From Spirochaetia bacterium (GTDB taxonomy: Bacteria > Spirochaetota > Spirochaetia > UBA9216), in NCBI GenBank assembly GCA_963675665.1, contig OY776510.1:2816001-2880000 (forward strand): a stretch of DNA of 64,000 nucleotides, in the 5' to 3' direction. The notes under the pieces were generated by a model, which saw only the letters and a list, made by a program, of their open reading frames with translations, was not told the DNA's origin and did not search any database. Both the position numbers and the translations under genes were made by a program. Shown one piece after another: positions 19,260-28,943 of the stretch. Positions within the stretch are counted from its first letter, which is position 1, and each line of letters begins with the position of its first letter.

Positions 19260-19388
19260 TACCGCCATGGAGGGCAGCTTTAGAAGGTAGTCAGAAAAGC
19301 TCTGCTTTTCCAACTAAATTTTAAACTCGCCCATGAACGGGCGAACCGGTATTTGAAGTTTGAAAGTTTTGCTTTTCAAACTTCGGCA
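19260..19388. repeat. Multi-hairpin intergenic element (REP/MITE-like) between fabG and fabF
   Basis: Four stacked inverted repeats: GCC-ATGGAG-GGC, GAAAAGC-tct-GCTTTTC (19294-19310), TCGCCC-atgaac-GGGCGA (19327-19344), GAAGTTTGAAA-n8-TTTCAAACTTC (19355-19384). Confidence 0.6.
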
Positions 19389-19411
19389 TGTAATTGAATA
19401 TGGAGATTCAA

Positions 19412-20155
19412 TTACATCCCCATTCCACCGTCAATTCCTATCACCTGACCGGTAATATATGACGCCATATCTGATGCGAGAAACAAAACGGTATTTGCCA
19501 CTTCTTCAGGATTTCCAATCCTTCCGAAAGGAATTTTTGTTTTAAGTTCTTCTTTTGCCGCTTCGGGAATCGCATCGGTCATATCGGACTGGATAAATCC
19601 CGGTGCTATTGCGTTGACACGGACTCCCCGGGCCGCTGTTTCCCGTGCGAGACTTTTGGTAAAGCCGATTATACCGGCTTTTGCTGCAGCGTAATTACAC
19701 TGACCGGCATTTCCAATAATGCCTACAACCGAGCTGACATTAATTATGGAACCGCTGCGTTTTTTTGCCATTGACCTTGCAACTGGCCGGGACAGATAGA
19801 ACACGCTTGACAGGTTTGTTTCAATAACGTCGTTCCACTGTTCGTCCTTCATCATGAAAGAAAGACCGTCGCGGGTGATGCCGGCATTATTTACCAGGAT
19901 ATCTATCCGGCCCTTTTCCTTGAGAATGTCTGAGGCTATTTCGTTCATTTTAGCCGAATCACTGACCGAGCCTGGTTTCCAGATTACTTCTGTATCTGAT
20001 TCTGCAGCCACAGCCTTTAATCCTTCAGCTTCAGGGCATTCGCTTCGACTGATATAATAAACAACAGCGCCTTCTTTAAGAAATAACTCAACAATAGCTT
20101 TACCTATTCCTTTTGAACCGCCTGTAATAACTGCAATTTTCTCTTTTAATAACAT
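19412..20155 (-). CDS. fabG: 3-oxoacyl-ACP reductase
   Basis: TGGSKGIG, NNAGITRD, SSVVG..GNAGQCNYAAAK, NAIAPGFI. Confidence 0.95.
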   Translation of the reverse strand: MLLKEKIAVITGGSKGIGKAIVELFLKEGAVVYYISRSECPEAEGLKAVAAESDTEVIWKPGSVSDSAKMNEIASDILKEKGRIDILVNNAGITRDGLSFMMKDEQWNDVIETNLSSVFYLSRPVARSMAKKRSGSIINVSSVVGIIGNAGQCNYAAAKAGIIGFTKSLARETAARGVRVNAIAPGFIQSDMTDAIPEAAKEELKTKIPFGRIGNPEEVANTVLFLASDMASYITGQVIGIDGGMGM

Positions 20156-20199
20156 TCTTACTCCTATAAATCCTTCCGCCGGGGAAGGTTGTTAGCCTT

Positions 20200-21126
20200 T
20201 TAACTGATTACTTCTTCAATCTGTTCAACAGTACCGCAGAGTTGCACATTGATATCTGAAGTTATACTTTTCATAAGACCCGAAAGAACTTTTCCCGGTC
20301 CCGTTTCAATAATTCGTTCGTACCCGTCGGCCAGGATGCTGTTTTCCTCATCAACCCAGAGAACTGAGGACACAATCTGCATCAGCGCAAGATCTTTAGC
20401 TTCTGAACCGCTGGTTACCAGTTTGCCTGAAACGTTTGAGTATAAAGCTTTAACCGGATCTTTAAAAACAAGGCTGTCAAGATACCCGGTAAATTTCTCT
20501 TTTGCCTCATCAAGGAGGGGAGAATGGCAGGGTGCTGAAACTTTTAGTCGTATTACCCGTCTTGCCCCGGCTTCTTTCAGGGCGCTTTCGGCCTCTTCAA
20601 GTCCTTTCTGGGTTCCGGAAATTACAATCTGGGTAGGAGCGTTCCAGTTTGCCATGAATGCTCCGTCGATCGCACCTATAGCATCTTTAACCTTTGCCAG
20701 ATCAAGCCCTATAACGGCTGCCATACTTGAGTCTGCGCCTTCGCCGCAGGCCTTTTCTCCGGCCTCATGCATATATTTGCCGCGCAACGCTACCGCCTTC
20801 AGAACTTCCTTATCAGAAAGTACCCCGGCATCAGCATATGCAGCCCATTCTCCAAGACTGTGACCGGCACATCCGTCGGAAACAATATTGAAATCCGCCA
20901 GAACATTTTTTACGGCAAGGTTTACAACAGTAATTGCCGGCTGGGTATTGTCGGTACGGCCTAAAACTGCCGGATCACCCTGGAAAATGAGAGCTTCCAT
21001 GTCTCTTTCTAAAACTTCCGAAGCGGTTTTAAATATTTCTTTTGCTGCGGAATACTTTTCATAAAGATCCTTTCCCATTTCAGGATATTGTGCTCCCTGA
21101 CCGGGATAAAGAAAACAGGTTTTCAT
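20200..21126 (-). CDS. fabD: Malonyl-CoA:ACP transacylase
   Basis: PGQGAQ, TQPAI, GHSLGE (catalytic Ser), LKVSAPCHSPL, ETGPGKVL. Confidence 0.95.
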   Translation of the reverse strand: MKTCFLYPGQGAQYPEMGKDLYEKYSAAKEIFKTASEVLERDMEALIFQGDPAVLGRTDNTQPAITVVNLAVKNVLADFNIVSDGCAGHSLGEWAAYADAGVLSDKEVLKAVALRGKYMHEAGEKACGEGADSSMAAVIGLDLAKVKDAIGAIDGAFMANWNAPTQIVISGTQKGLEEAESALKEAGARRVIRLKVSAPCHSPLLDEAKEKFTGYLDSLVFKDPVKALYSNVSGKLVTSGSEAKDLALMQIVSSVLWVDEENSILADGYERIIETGPGKVLSGLMKSITSDINVQLCGTVEQIEEVIS

Positions 21127-21185
21127 TTATATACTCCCTTCAATGTTTAAACCAATCAATATACAAATTAATATCACAGATGAAC

Positions 21186-21206
21186 TTATCGGTCAATGGC
21201 CGATAA
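21186..21206. promoter_or_regulatory. Palindromic operator overlapping the predicted fabD -35 box
   Basis: TTATCGGTC-AAT-GGCCGATAA; contains TTGACC on the minus strand; near-identical site upstream of fabH. Confidence 0.7.
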
Positions 21207-21312
21207 CGAATTTTAAGTAAAATATCGGTTTTGGGCTGAAAGAAATGCTTGCAAATTGGGAAAATTTCAAATATCCTATATTCAACTTAAATAATACTTA
21301 AAGGGGTTAAGT

Positions 21313-21888
21313 ATGACTTATAATGAAAAACTCGGTGAAAAAATTAAATTAACCCGTGAAAAAAATGATATGTCAATAGAAGACCTGGCGCAGCGAGCCG
21401 GTGTGGATTCCGGCATGATCAGCAGTATTGAAAAGGGAGAGCTTGTTCCTTATCTAAGTCCGCTGGTAAAACTTGCAAGAGCTTTGGGCGTTCGTCTTGG
21501 AACTTTTCTTGATGATCAGGAACACCTTGGACCTGTTCTGACAAAGAAAGATGATATTGATCATGTAGAACGTTTCCGGGGTGCGGATTCAGATGAAAAA
21601 AGAAGCAGAATTTTTTATTCTCTTGCCCTTAACAAGACCTCTCGGCATATGGAGCCTCTGCTGGTTGATCTTGCCCCTGCAGATGAAGGCAGCCATAAAA
21701 AATCATCTCATGAAGGTGAAGAATTCATCTATGTTCTGGAAGGTAATATTACTGTTGAATACGGTAAGGACCTGTATAATCTCAGTGTCGGCGACAGCAT
21801 TTATTATGATTCAATCGTTGAGCATGATGTAAAAGCATCAGGCAATGCCCCTGCGAAGATTCTTGCTGTTATTCATGAACCGGCCTGA
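21313..21888 (+). CDS. XRE-family HTH regulator with cupin domain
   Basis: N-terminal HTH_3 (LGEKIK...SIEDLA...SIEKG...LARALGV); cupin HEGEEFIYVLEG...GDSIYYDS..EH. Confidence 0.92.
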   Translation: MTYNEKLGEKIKLTREKNDMSIEDLAQRAGVDSGMISSIEKGELVPYLSPLVKLARALGVRLGTFLDDQEHLGPVLTKKDDIDHVERFRGADSDEKRSRIFYSLALNKTSRHMEPLLVDLAPADEGSHKKSSHEGEEFIYVLEGNITVEYGKDLYNLSVGDSIYYDSIVEHDVKASGNAPAKILAVIHEPA

Positions 21889-21900
21889 CAGGGAGGGAAG

Positions 21901-23544
21901 ATGAATCTTATAGAAAAGACTCTGGGCGAAGTGCTGGAAGATAATGCTGCAGCATCTCCGGACAAGGAATTTATTGTTTATTCAGATCGCAATCTGCGGT
22001 TCACATATTCCGAATATAATTTGCGTGTTGATCAGCTGGCAAAAGGATTGATGGCTGTCGGCGTTAAAAAAGGTTCCAAAGTCGGAGTCTGGGCTACGAA
22101 TGTTCCGGACTGGCTGACATTCACGTTTGCGGCTGCGAAAATAGGCGCTATACTTGTAACGATCAATACAGAATACAAACTGCATGAGCTTGAGTACCTT
22201 GTTAAACAGGCTGATATTGATACTCTCTGTATTATTGACGGCCATAAAGATTCGGATTACGTGCAGATTGTGAATGAACTGGTCCCCGAACTGAAGAGCT
22301 CTCAGCGCGGTGAGTTGAAGGCTGAAAAATTTCCCGAGCTGAGAAATGTGGTCTTTATAGGACAGGAAAAGCACCGCGGTATGTTTAACACGCAGGAGCT
22401 GCTGCTTCTGGGACAGCATATAGACGATACGGAACTTCGAAAGGCGTTTGATGCCTGCGACTGTCATGATGTTGTCAATATGCAGTATACCTCCGGAACT
22501 ACCGGATTCCCGAAAGGCGTAATGCTGACGCATCATAATATTCTTAATAACGGCTTCAATATAGGGGAATGTCAGAAATTTACAGATAAAGACAAGCTTT
22601 GCCTTGCCCCGCCTCTTTTTCACTGTTTTGGAATCGTTCTTGGCGTTATGGCTATTCTTACGCACGGTGCTTCTCTGGCCATAATCGAGAAGTTCGATCC
22701 GCTTGTTGTTATGGCATCAGTGCAGAAAGAAAAATGTACAGCTCTCTACGGTGTGCCGACGATGTTTATAGCGGAACTGAACCACCCGATGTTTGATATG
22801 TTCGACTTTTCAAGTCTTCGTACGGGGATTATGGCCGGATCACCCTGTCCGATGGAGACGATGAAACAGGTTATGGATAAGATGAATATGACTGAAGTAA
22901 CCATAGCATACGGTCTTACCGAAGCCTCGCCGGTGATGACCCAGACTGTTACCGACGACCCGCTTGAAAAGCGTGTTTCAACAGTAGGCCGTGAACTTCC
23001 GGGAATAGCGGTAAAGGTACTTAATCCCGAAACCGGCGAAGAGTGTGCGATCGAAGAGCAGGGTGAACTGTGCTGCCGCGGCTACAATATAATGAAAGGT
23101 TACTATAAAAATCCTGAAGCAACAGCTGCCTGTATCGACAAGGACGGCTGGCTGCACTCCGGCGATCTCGGCATAAAAGACGCCGACGGGTACTTCAGGG
23201 TAACCGGTCGTATCAAGGATATGATAATCCGCGGCGGTGAAAATATCTATCCGCGTGAAATTGAGGAATTCCTTTATACCATGCCTGAGATAAAAGACAT
23301 ACAGGTCGCCGGTGTTCCCGACGAGAAGTACGGTGAACAGGTAGGCGCATTTATCATCCTTCACAACGGCAAGGAGCTTCATGAAGAAGATATAAAGGAT
23401 TTCTGCCGCGGCCAGATTTCCCGGCATAAAATTCCGCGCTATGTATTTTTTGTCGATTCTTATCCGCTGACTGCCAGCGGCAAGATACAGAAATACAAGA
23501 TGGGAGAAATTGCACTCGATCTTATAAAAGAAGGGCAGGGTTAG
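21901..23544 (+). CDS. AMP-forming acyl-CoA synthetase
   Basis: [47 protein letters not shown]. Confidence 0.93.
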   Translation: MNLIEKTLGEVLEDNAAASPDKEFIVYSDRNLRFTYSEYNLRVDQLAKGLMAVGVKKGSKVGVWATNVPDWLTFTFAAAKIGAILVTINTEYKLHELEYLVKQADIDTLCIIDGHKDSDYVQIVNELVPELKSSQRGELKAEKFPELRNVVFIGQEKHRGMFNTQELLLLGQHIDDTELRKAFDACDCHDVVNMQYTSGTTGFPKGVMLTHHNILNNGFNIGECQKFTDKDKLCLAPPLFHCFGIVLGVMAILTHGASLAIIEKFDPLVVMASVQKEKCTALYGVPTMFIAELNHPMFDMFDFSSLRTGIMAGSPCPMETMKQVMDKMNMTEVTIAYGLTEASPVMTQTVTDDPLEKRVSTVGRELPGIAVKVLNPETGEECAIEEQGELCCRGYNIMKGYYKNPEATAACIDKDGWLHSGDLGIKDADGYFRVTGRIKDMIIRGGENIYPREIEEFLYTMPEIKDIQVAGVPDEKYGEQVGAFIILHNGKELHEEDIKDFCRGQISRHKIPRYVFFVDSYPLTASGKIQKYKMGEIALDLIKEGQG

Positions 23545-23578
23545 CTTAAAAATTTGATTGAATAATGAGAAAACACAG

Positions 23579-23610
23579 AGGCCGTCCAATAAGTATTGGA
23601 TGGCCTTTTT
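23579..23610 (+). terminator. Intrinsic terminator
   Basis: AGGCCGTCCAATA-ag-TATTGGATGGCCT followed by a T tract. Confidence 0.8.
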
Positions 23611-23698
23611 AAATTCCAAAAAATAACGATTTTGATTATTTAGAATATTGAACTATAATACTGTTATCTTAAGGTAATAAAAAATTAATAAGGGTATT

Positions 23699-25816
23699 AT
23701 GAAAAGTTCAATCTATTTCCCTATAAAAATCACAATTACCGTAAGTTTCTTTCTGACAATTTTGACCGTTGTTTCAATTATTATAGGTTTTAATTACATT
23801 GAAACGTCCAAATCAGCGCTGTTAACAGCAGAACAGCTTATGGAAAGTAAATCAAGGCGAATCTTTGTACAAATCGATAATCTTTACAAACCGCTGTCGT
23901 ATCTTGTTCAACAGGCATCGACACTTCCGGCGGTAGGGACAAAACCTACATTACAAACTCATCCTGCACAGGATTACATGATTAATGCCATGAAGATATA
24001 TAAGCAAATCCAGATTCAATACATAGGATTTCAGGATGGTGATTTCTATGGTATTTATTCGCTTAATGAAAATTATATAGGTTCCATGAGAGAAAATACA
24101 CATGCTCCGGAAGACGCCGCTTTTGCAATAGTAAGACAGTATACGCCGGCTACCCAAAATGCTCCTGTCAGATTGTGGCGATATTTAAATGACAAAGAAC
24201 AGACTATCGGGTCATATAAAGAAAGAAACGTCAGCTATGATCCTCGCAACAGGGGATGGTATCAGAGTGCAAATGAAAACGGCGGAATCAGGAAATCGGC
24301 TCCCTATTTATTTGACAACTCAAAACAGTTTGGGGTTACTGTTTCAACATGCATAGACGGCGCTACTCCCGGAGTATATGGAGTTGATATACTTTTAAGT
24401 GAAATCGCAGAATTTCTAAACAAAGTAAAGGACTCGGAAAATGAAACAATAATAATCTTTAATCAGGATCTGCAGATAACTGCAGCGCCCGATTCCGGAG
24501 ATCCCGTTTCAGATAGTCCTCTTCCTTTTTTAAGAAGCAGCGGTAATGAACTATTGTTGACAATCTCCGAGAAACTGGAAGAACTGGGTTTATCAGAGAA
24601 TATGACGCTCAATCTGAAAATTCAACGAAAAGAATATTTAATCAAAATTATGGAAATTCCTGATCTGTTTGAAAATAAAGAATACATACTGATAGGAATC
24701 CCGCAAGATGATATTTTAGGCCCAATAGCTCAAAATTCAATTTTGAACCTTGTCTATTCCTTTATTCTGTTTTTACTTGCCATACCGTTGATAATACTGA
24801 TTTCCGCCAAAATCAGCGGGCCTATTACAAAACTGGCCGCCGAAGCGAATACTATTCACCAATATGACTTTACCCGGGATATCCAGATTCAGAGTAATAT
24901 AAAAGAAATCCACGAGCTTACAACTGAAATGGCCAATATGAAGCGCGGATTAAGGTATTTTAATAAATATGTTCCGTCCCGTCTGGTAAGACACCTGCTT
25001 GAAAGTAATATCGATTTTGTTATCGGCGGAAGAAAACGTAATATAGCAATCATGTTCACCGATATTGAGAATTTTACTTCAATTGCCGAAGCGATGGAAC
25101 CGGAAGATTTGATGCAGCATCTGTCCGGTTATTTCGAGAAAACAACAAAAATTATTCGTTCATATAACGGCCTTGTTGATAAATACATAGGCGATGCGGT
25201 AATGGCATTCTGGAACGCTCCTTCTGATGACCCACATTATATAAAGCATGCCTGCCGGGCAGCAATGGATATAAACAGGGAAATCAATGGAAATGATAAA
25301 AATGAAGAGGGGCAGGCCGGGGTGGTATTTAAAACCCGAATTGGAATTGATACAGGAGAAGCGGTAGTAGGCAATGTCGGTTCAAGTGATCGAATGAATT
25401 ATACCGTAATTGGTGATACCGTTAATAATGCCAGCCGTTTGGAAGGTGTGAACAAGATTTATAATACACAGATACTTATTTCACAAAGAGTTGCGGACCA
25501 GATTGAAGACGAATTTCTGGTTTGCCCGGTTGCAAAAGTTCTGGTTAAAGGAAAATCCATTGTACAGGATATATATGAACTTGTTGATTACCGTCAGGAA
25601 GCTGATCCTTCAGAAATAAATTACACTTTTCATTTTATTAACGGTTTCCGTCTTTTTTATGGAAGGCAATGGATCGAAGCTGAAAAGGCTTTTAAAAAAG
25701 CGAATACCTATGGTCAGAGCCTCCTCGCATCACAGTTTATTAAAAGCTGCCAGGAATTTGTAAATGTTCCTCCGCCGCCGGAATGGACGGGTGTTCGGAT
25801 TATCAGGGGGAAATAA
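23699..25816 (+). CDS. Membrane class III adenylate cyclase (Cache-HAMP-cyclase)
   Basis: Two TMs flanking a Cache-like domain (YDPRNRGWY); HAMP; FTDIENFT, DKYIGDA, NYTVIGDTVNNASRLE (Lys/Thr adenine-specifying pair). Confidence 0.92.
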   Translation: MKSSIYFPIKITITVSFFLTILTVVSIIIGFNYIETSKSALLTAEQLMESKSRRIFVQIDNLYKPLSYLVQQASTLPAVGTKPTLQTHPAQDYMINAMKIYKQIQIQYIGFQDGDFYGIYSLNENYIGSMRENTHAPEDAAFAIVRQYTPATQNAPVRLWRYLNDKEQTIGSYKERNVSYDPRNRGWYQSANENGGIRKSAPYLFDNSKQFGVTVSTCIDGATPGVYGVDILLSEIAEFLNKVKDSENETIIIFNQDLQITAAPDSGDPVSDSPLPFLRSSGNELLLTISEKLEELGLSENMTLNLKIQRKEYLIKIMEIPDLFENKEYILIGIPQDDILGPIAQNSILNLVYSFILFLLAIPLIILISAKISGPITKLAAEANTIHQYDFTRDIQIQSNIKEIHELTTEMANMKRGLRYFNKYVPSRLVRHLLESNIDFVIGGRKRNIAIMFTDIENFTSIAEAMEPEDLMQHLSGYFEKTTKIIRSYNGLVDKYIGDAVMAFWNAPSDDPHYIKHACRAAMDINREINGNDKNEEGQAGVVFKTRIGIDTGEAVVGNVGSSDRMNYTVIGDTVNNASRLEGVNKIYNTQILISQRVADQIEDEFLVCPVAKVLVKGKSIVQDIYELVDYRQEADPSEINYTFHFINGFRLFYGRQWIEAEKAFKKANTYGQSLLASQFIKSCQEFVNVPPPPEWTGVRIIRGK

Positions 25817-27120
25817 TGAAGAAAATTATTCTTTTATATTTAATAATATCCTCTCCGCTTTTAACAGCGCAGGAGACGATATACTTTCTGGATTCCAATC
25901 AGGATCTTGAGAGACAGGCGGTTATTCGTTATCTGATGGATGCTTTTGAACTTGAGAATCCGAATATAAGCATCAAACTTGAGCTGTATAAAGATGATGA
26001 TTCCCTTGAAAACATACTTTCGCCTGATGACGGCGCTTCTCCCCATCTGATTATGGCTGATTCAAAATTATTATATCGTTTGTCATATATTAATGATCTT
26101 GATTTATCTTTAACTGCGGAATTGATAGAAGAAGTATCAAATGACATGTACGCCGGAGCCCTCAAAGCTTTTCAAAAAAAGGAGATATTTCTGGGAATCC
26201 CGTATTCAGCCTGGCTGCAGGTCTTATGGTACAGGGAGGACTGGTTTCAACGGAACAATCTTAATCCGCCCGATGATCCAAACTCAATCCTGAAGGCTGC
26301 TGAAACCTTTTACAACAAGGAAGCCTCTCAGTACGGGATTATACTGGGCGAAAGGGAAGACAGTTACCTGGAACAGTGTTTTTTACATCTTGCCGGCGCA
26401 GAAGGCGCACTGTTGCTTTCGAAGGATAACAAAACCTGTGCTGTAGACAACGAAGTGTTTAGAAAAACGTTAAGACTGTATTCCAGGTTATGTCAGTTAA
26501 GCGTTCCGGGCAAAGATTACTGGAGAGCCAGGGATTATTTCTTTCAGAACAGGGCTTCAATGCTGTTTTATTCAACCTTTCTTATGGATGATCTCGCGCT
26601 GGAAAAGGTGATGGAAGATTCACTTGGTTCCCGGAATTTTACGGATTTAAACGGCTGTGATTATGACCCGGATTTCTTTAATAACGTAGGAATGATTACA
26701 ACAATATCGGAACAGAACCCTTCTGTCTTCGGAAGCATCTCCGGAATTGGAATCCTGGGCGGAGCGACTGAAACCGAAAAGGAAAGTATCAAGTCTCTTA
26801 TTCGGTTTCTGTTTAGGCAGGACGTCTATATAAGCTGGCTTCATATGTGTCCCGGAGGAATGCTCCCTGTAAAACGAGATATCCTTGAAAGTGATGCTTA
26901 CTACCAGGATAGCGGTGAGGTCTTCAAACGTTTCGGGCGCAAACAAATTATAGAATTGGTGCAGGGGTTGGAATATCTTCGGGTAACCAATCCTGAAGAA
27001 TTACTGGAATGCTCAGAGAGCGGTTATAAGGATAAAGATTTCCTCCGACTGCTGTTTGAATGCCTGGAAGCGCCTTTGTTTCAGGGCCAATTGATATCGC
27101 AGGAAAAATGGATAAAATGA
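25816..27120 (+). CDS. Orphan extracellular solute-binding protein (SBP family 1, sugar-type)
   Basis: Signal peptide from ATG 25816 (TAATG overlap with the cyclase stop); 'FELENPNISIKLE', 'GIPYSAWLQVLWYREDWF'; no permease or ATPase adjacent. Confidence 0.8.
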   Translation: MKKIILLYLIISSPLLTAQETIYFLDSNQDLERQAVIRYLMDAFELENPNISIKLELYKDDDSLENILSPDDGASPHLIMADSKLLYRLSYINDLDLSLTAELIEEVSNDMYAGALKAFQKKEIFLGIPYSAWLQVLWYREDWFQRNNLNPPDDPNSILKAAETFYNKEASQYGIILGEREDSYLEQCFLHLAGAEGALLLSKDNKTCAVDNEVFRKTLRLYSRLCQLSVPGKDYWRARDYFFQNRASMLFYSTFLMDDLALEKVMEDSLGSRNFTDLNGCDYDPDFFNNVGMITTISEQNPSVFGSISGIGILGGATETEKESIKSLIRFLFRQDVYISWLHMCPGGMLPVKRDILESDAYYQDSGEVFKRFGRKQIIELVQGLEYLRVTNPEELLECSESGYKDKDFLRLLFECLEAPLFQGQLISQEKWIK

Positions 27121-27152
27121 TGCATGAAAGAAAGCTGTCAGGCCAAATACAT

Positions 27153-27184
27153 AAAAAAACAGGGGGCATCTGCAGAAGCCCCCT
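27153..27184 (-). terminator. Terminator downstream of fabH (possibly bidirectional)
   Basis: AGGGGGC...GCCCCCT stem preceded by an A7 tract. Confidence 0.65.
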
Positions 27185-27216
27185 TAAATATTTCCGATCC
27201 GGCGTTATTTTTTATA

Positions 27217-28203
27217 TTACCATCTGATGAGATTTCCGCCGTATGTAAGCCCGGCCCCGAAGCCTGAAGTAAGTATCAGATCGCCTTTTTTAAGTTCTCC
27301 GCGTTCCAGCATCGCGTTAAGCGCAATTGGAATGGAAGCCGCTGATGTATTTGCAAATTCCTCAATTATCACAAAGAATTTTTCCATCGGGATATCCAGC
27401 CGTTTCGCCGCGGCCTGAATAATCCGGATATTGGCCTGATGCGGTACTATTCTGTCGAGATCATCAACCGTAATATTATTGCGTTTTAAAAGTGTATTGA
27501 TAATGGTTTCATTTACCTTGACGGCAAAACCGTATACCCGGCGGCCGTTCATGCTGATATATAGATCCTCTTCGGCATATTCACCGATATGAAACGGATG
27601 CTTGGCTCCGCCTGCTTTTCTCATCAGATGCTCATATCCGTCGCCTTCAGCGCCGAGCATTGAATCAAGAATGCCGCGGCCGTCGCCGCTTTCATTAAGT
27701 CCAAGCACCGCGGCGCCTGCTCCGTCTCCGAACAGCACGCATGTATCACGGTCTTTCCAGTTCGTTATTCTCGACAATGCCTCGACCCCGATTACAAGCG
27801 CTTTCTTTATTGAGCCGGCAATAAGCATGCTTCTTGCAACCTCAAGTCCGTATACGAAACCCGTGCAGCCGGCGCTTAAATCCATGGCGCCTGTATGTCT
27901 TATTCCAAGTTTATGCTGAACTACACAAGCTGTGGACGGGAAAGTGGAGTAATCTCCGGAAGCAGTTGCAACTATTATAAAGTCGATATCCTCCGCGTCG
28001 ATTCCGGCCATTTCAAGAGCTTTTTTGGATGCCTCCACGGCCATGTCAGATGTGGTTTTGTCTTCAGCTATAATATGACGTTTGCCTATTCCGGTATGAG
28101 ATCTGATCCATTCATCGCTTGTATCAACAATTTTTGACAGTTCTTCATTGGTTATTACTTTTTCAGGGACATGCGCCCCAAGTCCTAAAATTTCCGCAGT
28201 CAT
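27217..28203 (-). CDS. fabH: Beta-ketoacyl-ACP synthase III
   Basis: DTSDEWI, AGCTGF (Cys), VLFGDGAGA, PHQANIRI, ANTSAASI, GFGAGLT; start at ATG 28203 (AGGAGG RBS). Confidence 0.95.
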   Translation of the reverse strand: MTAEILGLGAHVPEKVITNEELSKIVDTSDEWIRSHTGIGKRHIIAEDKTTSDMAVEASKKALEMAGIDAEDIDFIIVATASGDYSTFPSTACVVQHKLGIRHTGAMDLSAGCTGFVYGLEVARSMLIAGSIKKALVIGVEALSRITNWKDRDTCVLFGDGAGAAVLGLNESGDGRGILDSMLGAEGDGYEHLMRKAGGAKHPFHIGEYAEEDLYISMNGRRVYGFAVKVNETIINTLLKRNNITVDDLDRIVPHQANIRIIQAAAKRLDIPMEKFFVIIEEFANTSAASIPIALNAMLERGELKKGDLILTSGFGAGLTYGGNLIRW

Positions 28204-28292
28204 AGTTATCCTCCTAATTGGAATTACCCGCACGGGCTGCAAGGCAGCACCATAGTTATACGGGAACAAAAGTGAATGCGTTAGAACATCAT

Positions 28293-28313
28293 ATATCGGT
28301 TATCGACCGATAA
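28293..28313. promoter_or_regulatory. Palindromic operator in the fabH promoter
   Basis: ATATCGGTT-ATC-GACCGATAA; fills the spacer between TTGATT and TATGAT on the minus strand; matches the fabD site. Confidence 0.7.
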
Positions 28314-28376
28314 TCAAGTAAATTAGTAACGAATAAGGCAGAAAAACCTGATGTTAGCGTAAAAAAGGATAAAATA

Positions 28377-28892
28377 TTACTCTTTTCTGGATTCGGCGGT
28401 TTCCAGGGAATGGATTCGGTAACGTTCTCCCGCCGCATCTATTTCACGGATATCTTCATCTGTAAGTTCTCGGATGAGTTTTGCGGGGGAGCCTAAAATA
28501 AGTGAACGGGGCGGAAATTTCTTTCCCTTGGTAACAAGCGCACCGGCACCGACAATACTGAAATCTCCTATTTCTGCGTCATCCAGTACAATAGCGCCCA
28601 TTCCGATAAGGCAGTGGTTTCCGATTTTGCAGGAATGCGCGATTGCGTTATGTCCGACCGTAACCCAGTCTCCGATTGTTAACGGATTGCCTGTGCTTAT
28701 ATGGCAAACAGCTCCGTCCTGGATATTGCTGAAATTTCCCACTCGTATCGGTGCAATATCTCCCCTGAGCGTTGCACTAAACCATACTGATGATTCTTTT
28801 CCCAGAACAACGTCTCCGCTTATATCGGCATTCCATGCAATAAAATTTGCGCCGGAAGTATCAGGTTCTTTATCCAAAAAGTTTTTAATCAT
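28377..28892 (-). CDS. Gamma carbonic anhydrase-like (YrdA/PaaY) protein
   Basis: Hexapeptide repeats; SVWFSATLRGD, SNIQDGAVCH, TVGHNAIAH. Confidence 0.92.
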   Translation of the reverse strand: MIKNFLDKEPDTSGANFIAWNADISGDVVLGKESSVWFSATLRGDIAPIRVGNFSNIQDGAVCHISTGNPLTIGDWVTVGHNAIAHSCKIGNHCLIGMGAIVLDDAEIGDFSIVGAGALVTKGKKFPPRSLILGSPAKLIRELTDEDIREIDAAGERYRIHSLETAESRKE

Positions 28893-28943
28893 GATTGCAA
28901 CTCCATTAGTAAAAGTAGTATGATATTATCAGGAATAATAATA

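Noticed and set aside
19240-19411. Missed acpP gene
   Set aside because: No ORF with the acidic ACP DSL motif, and too short for one; the region is filled with palindromes.
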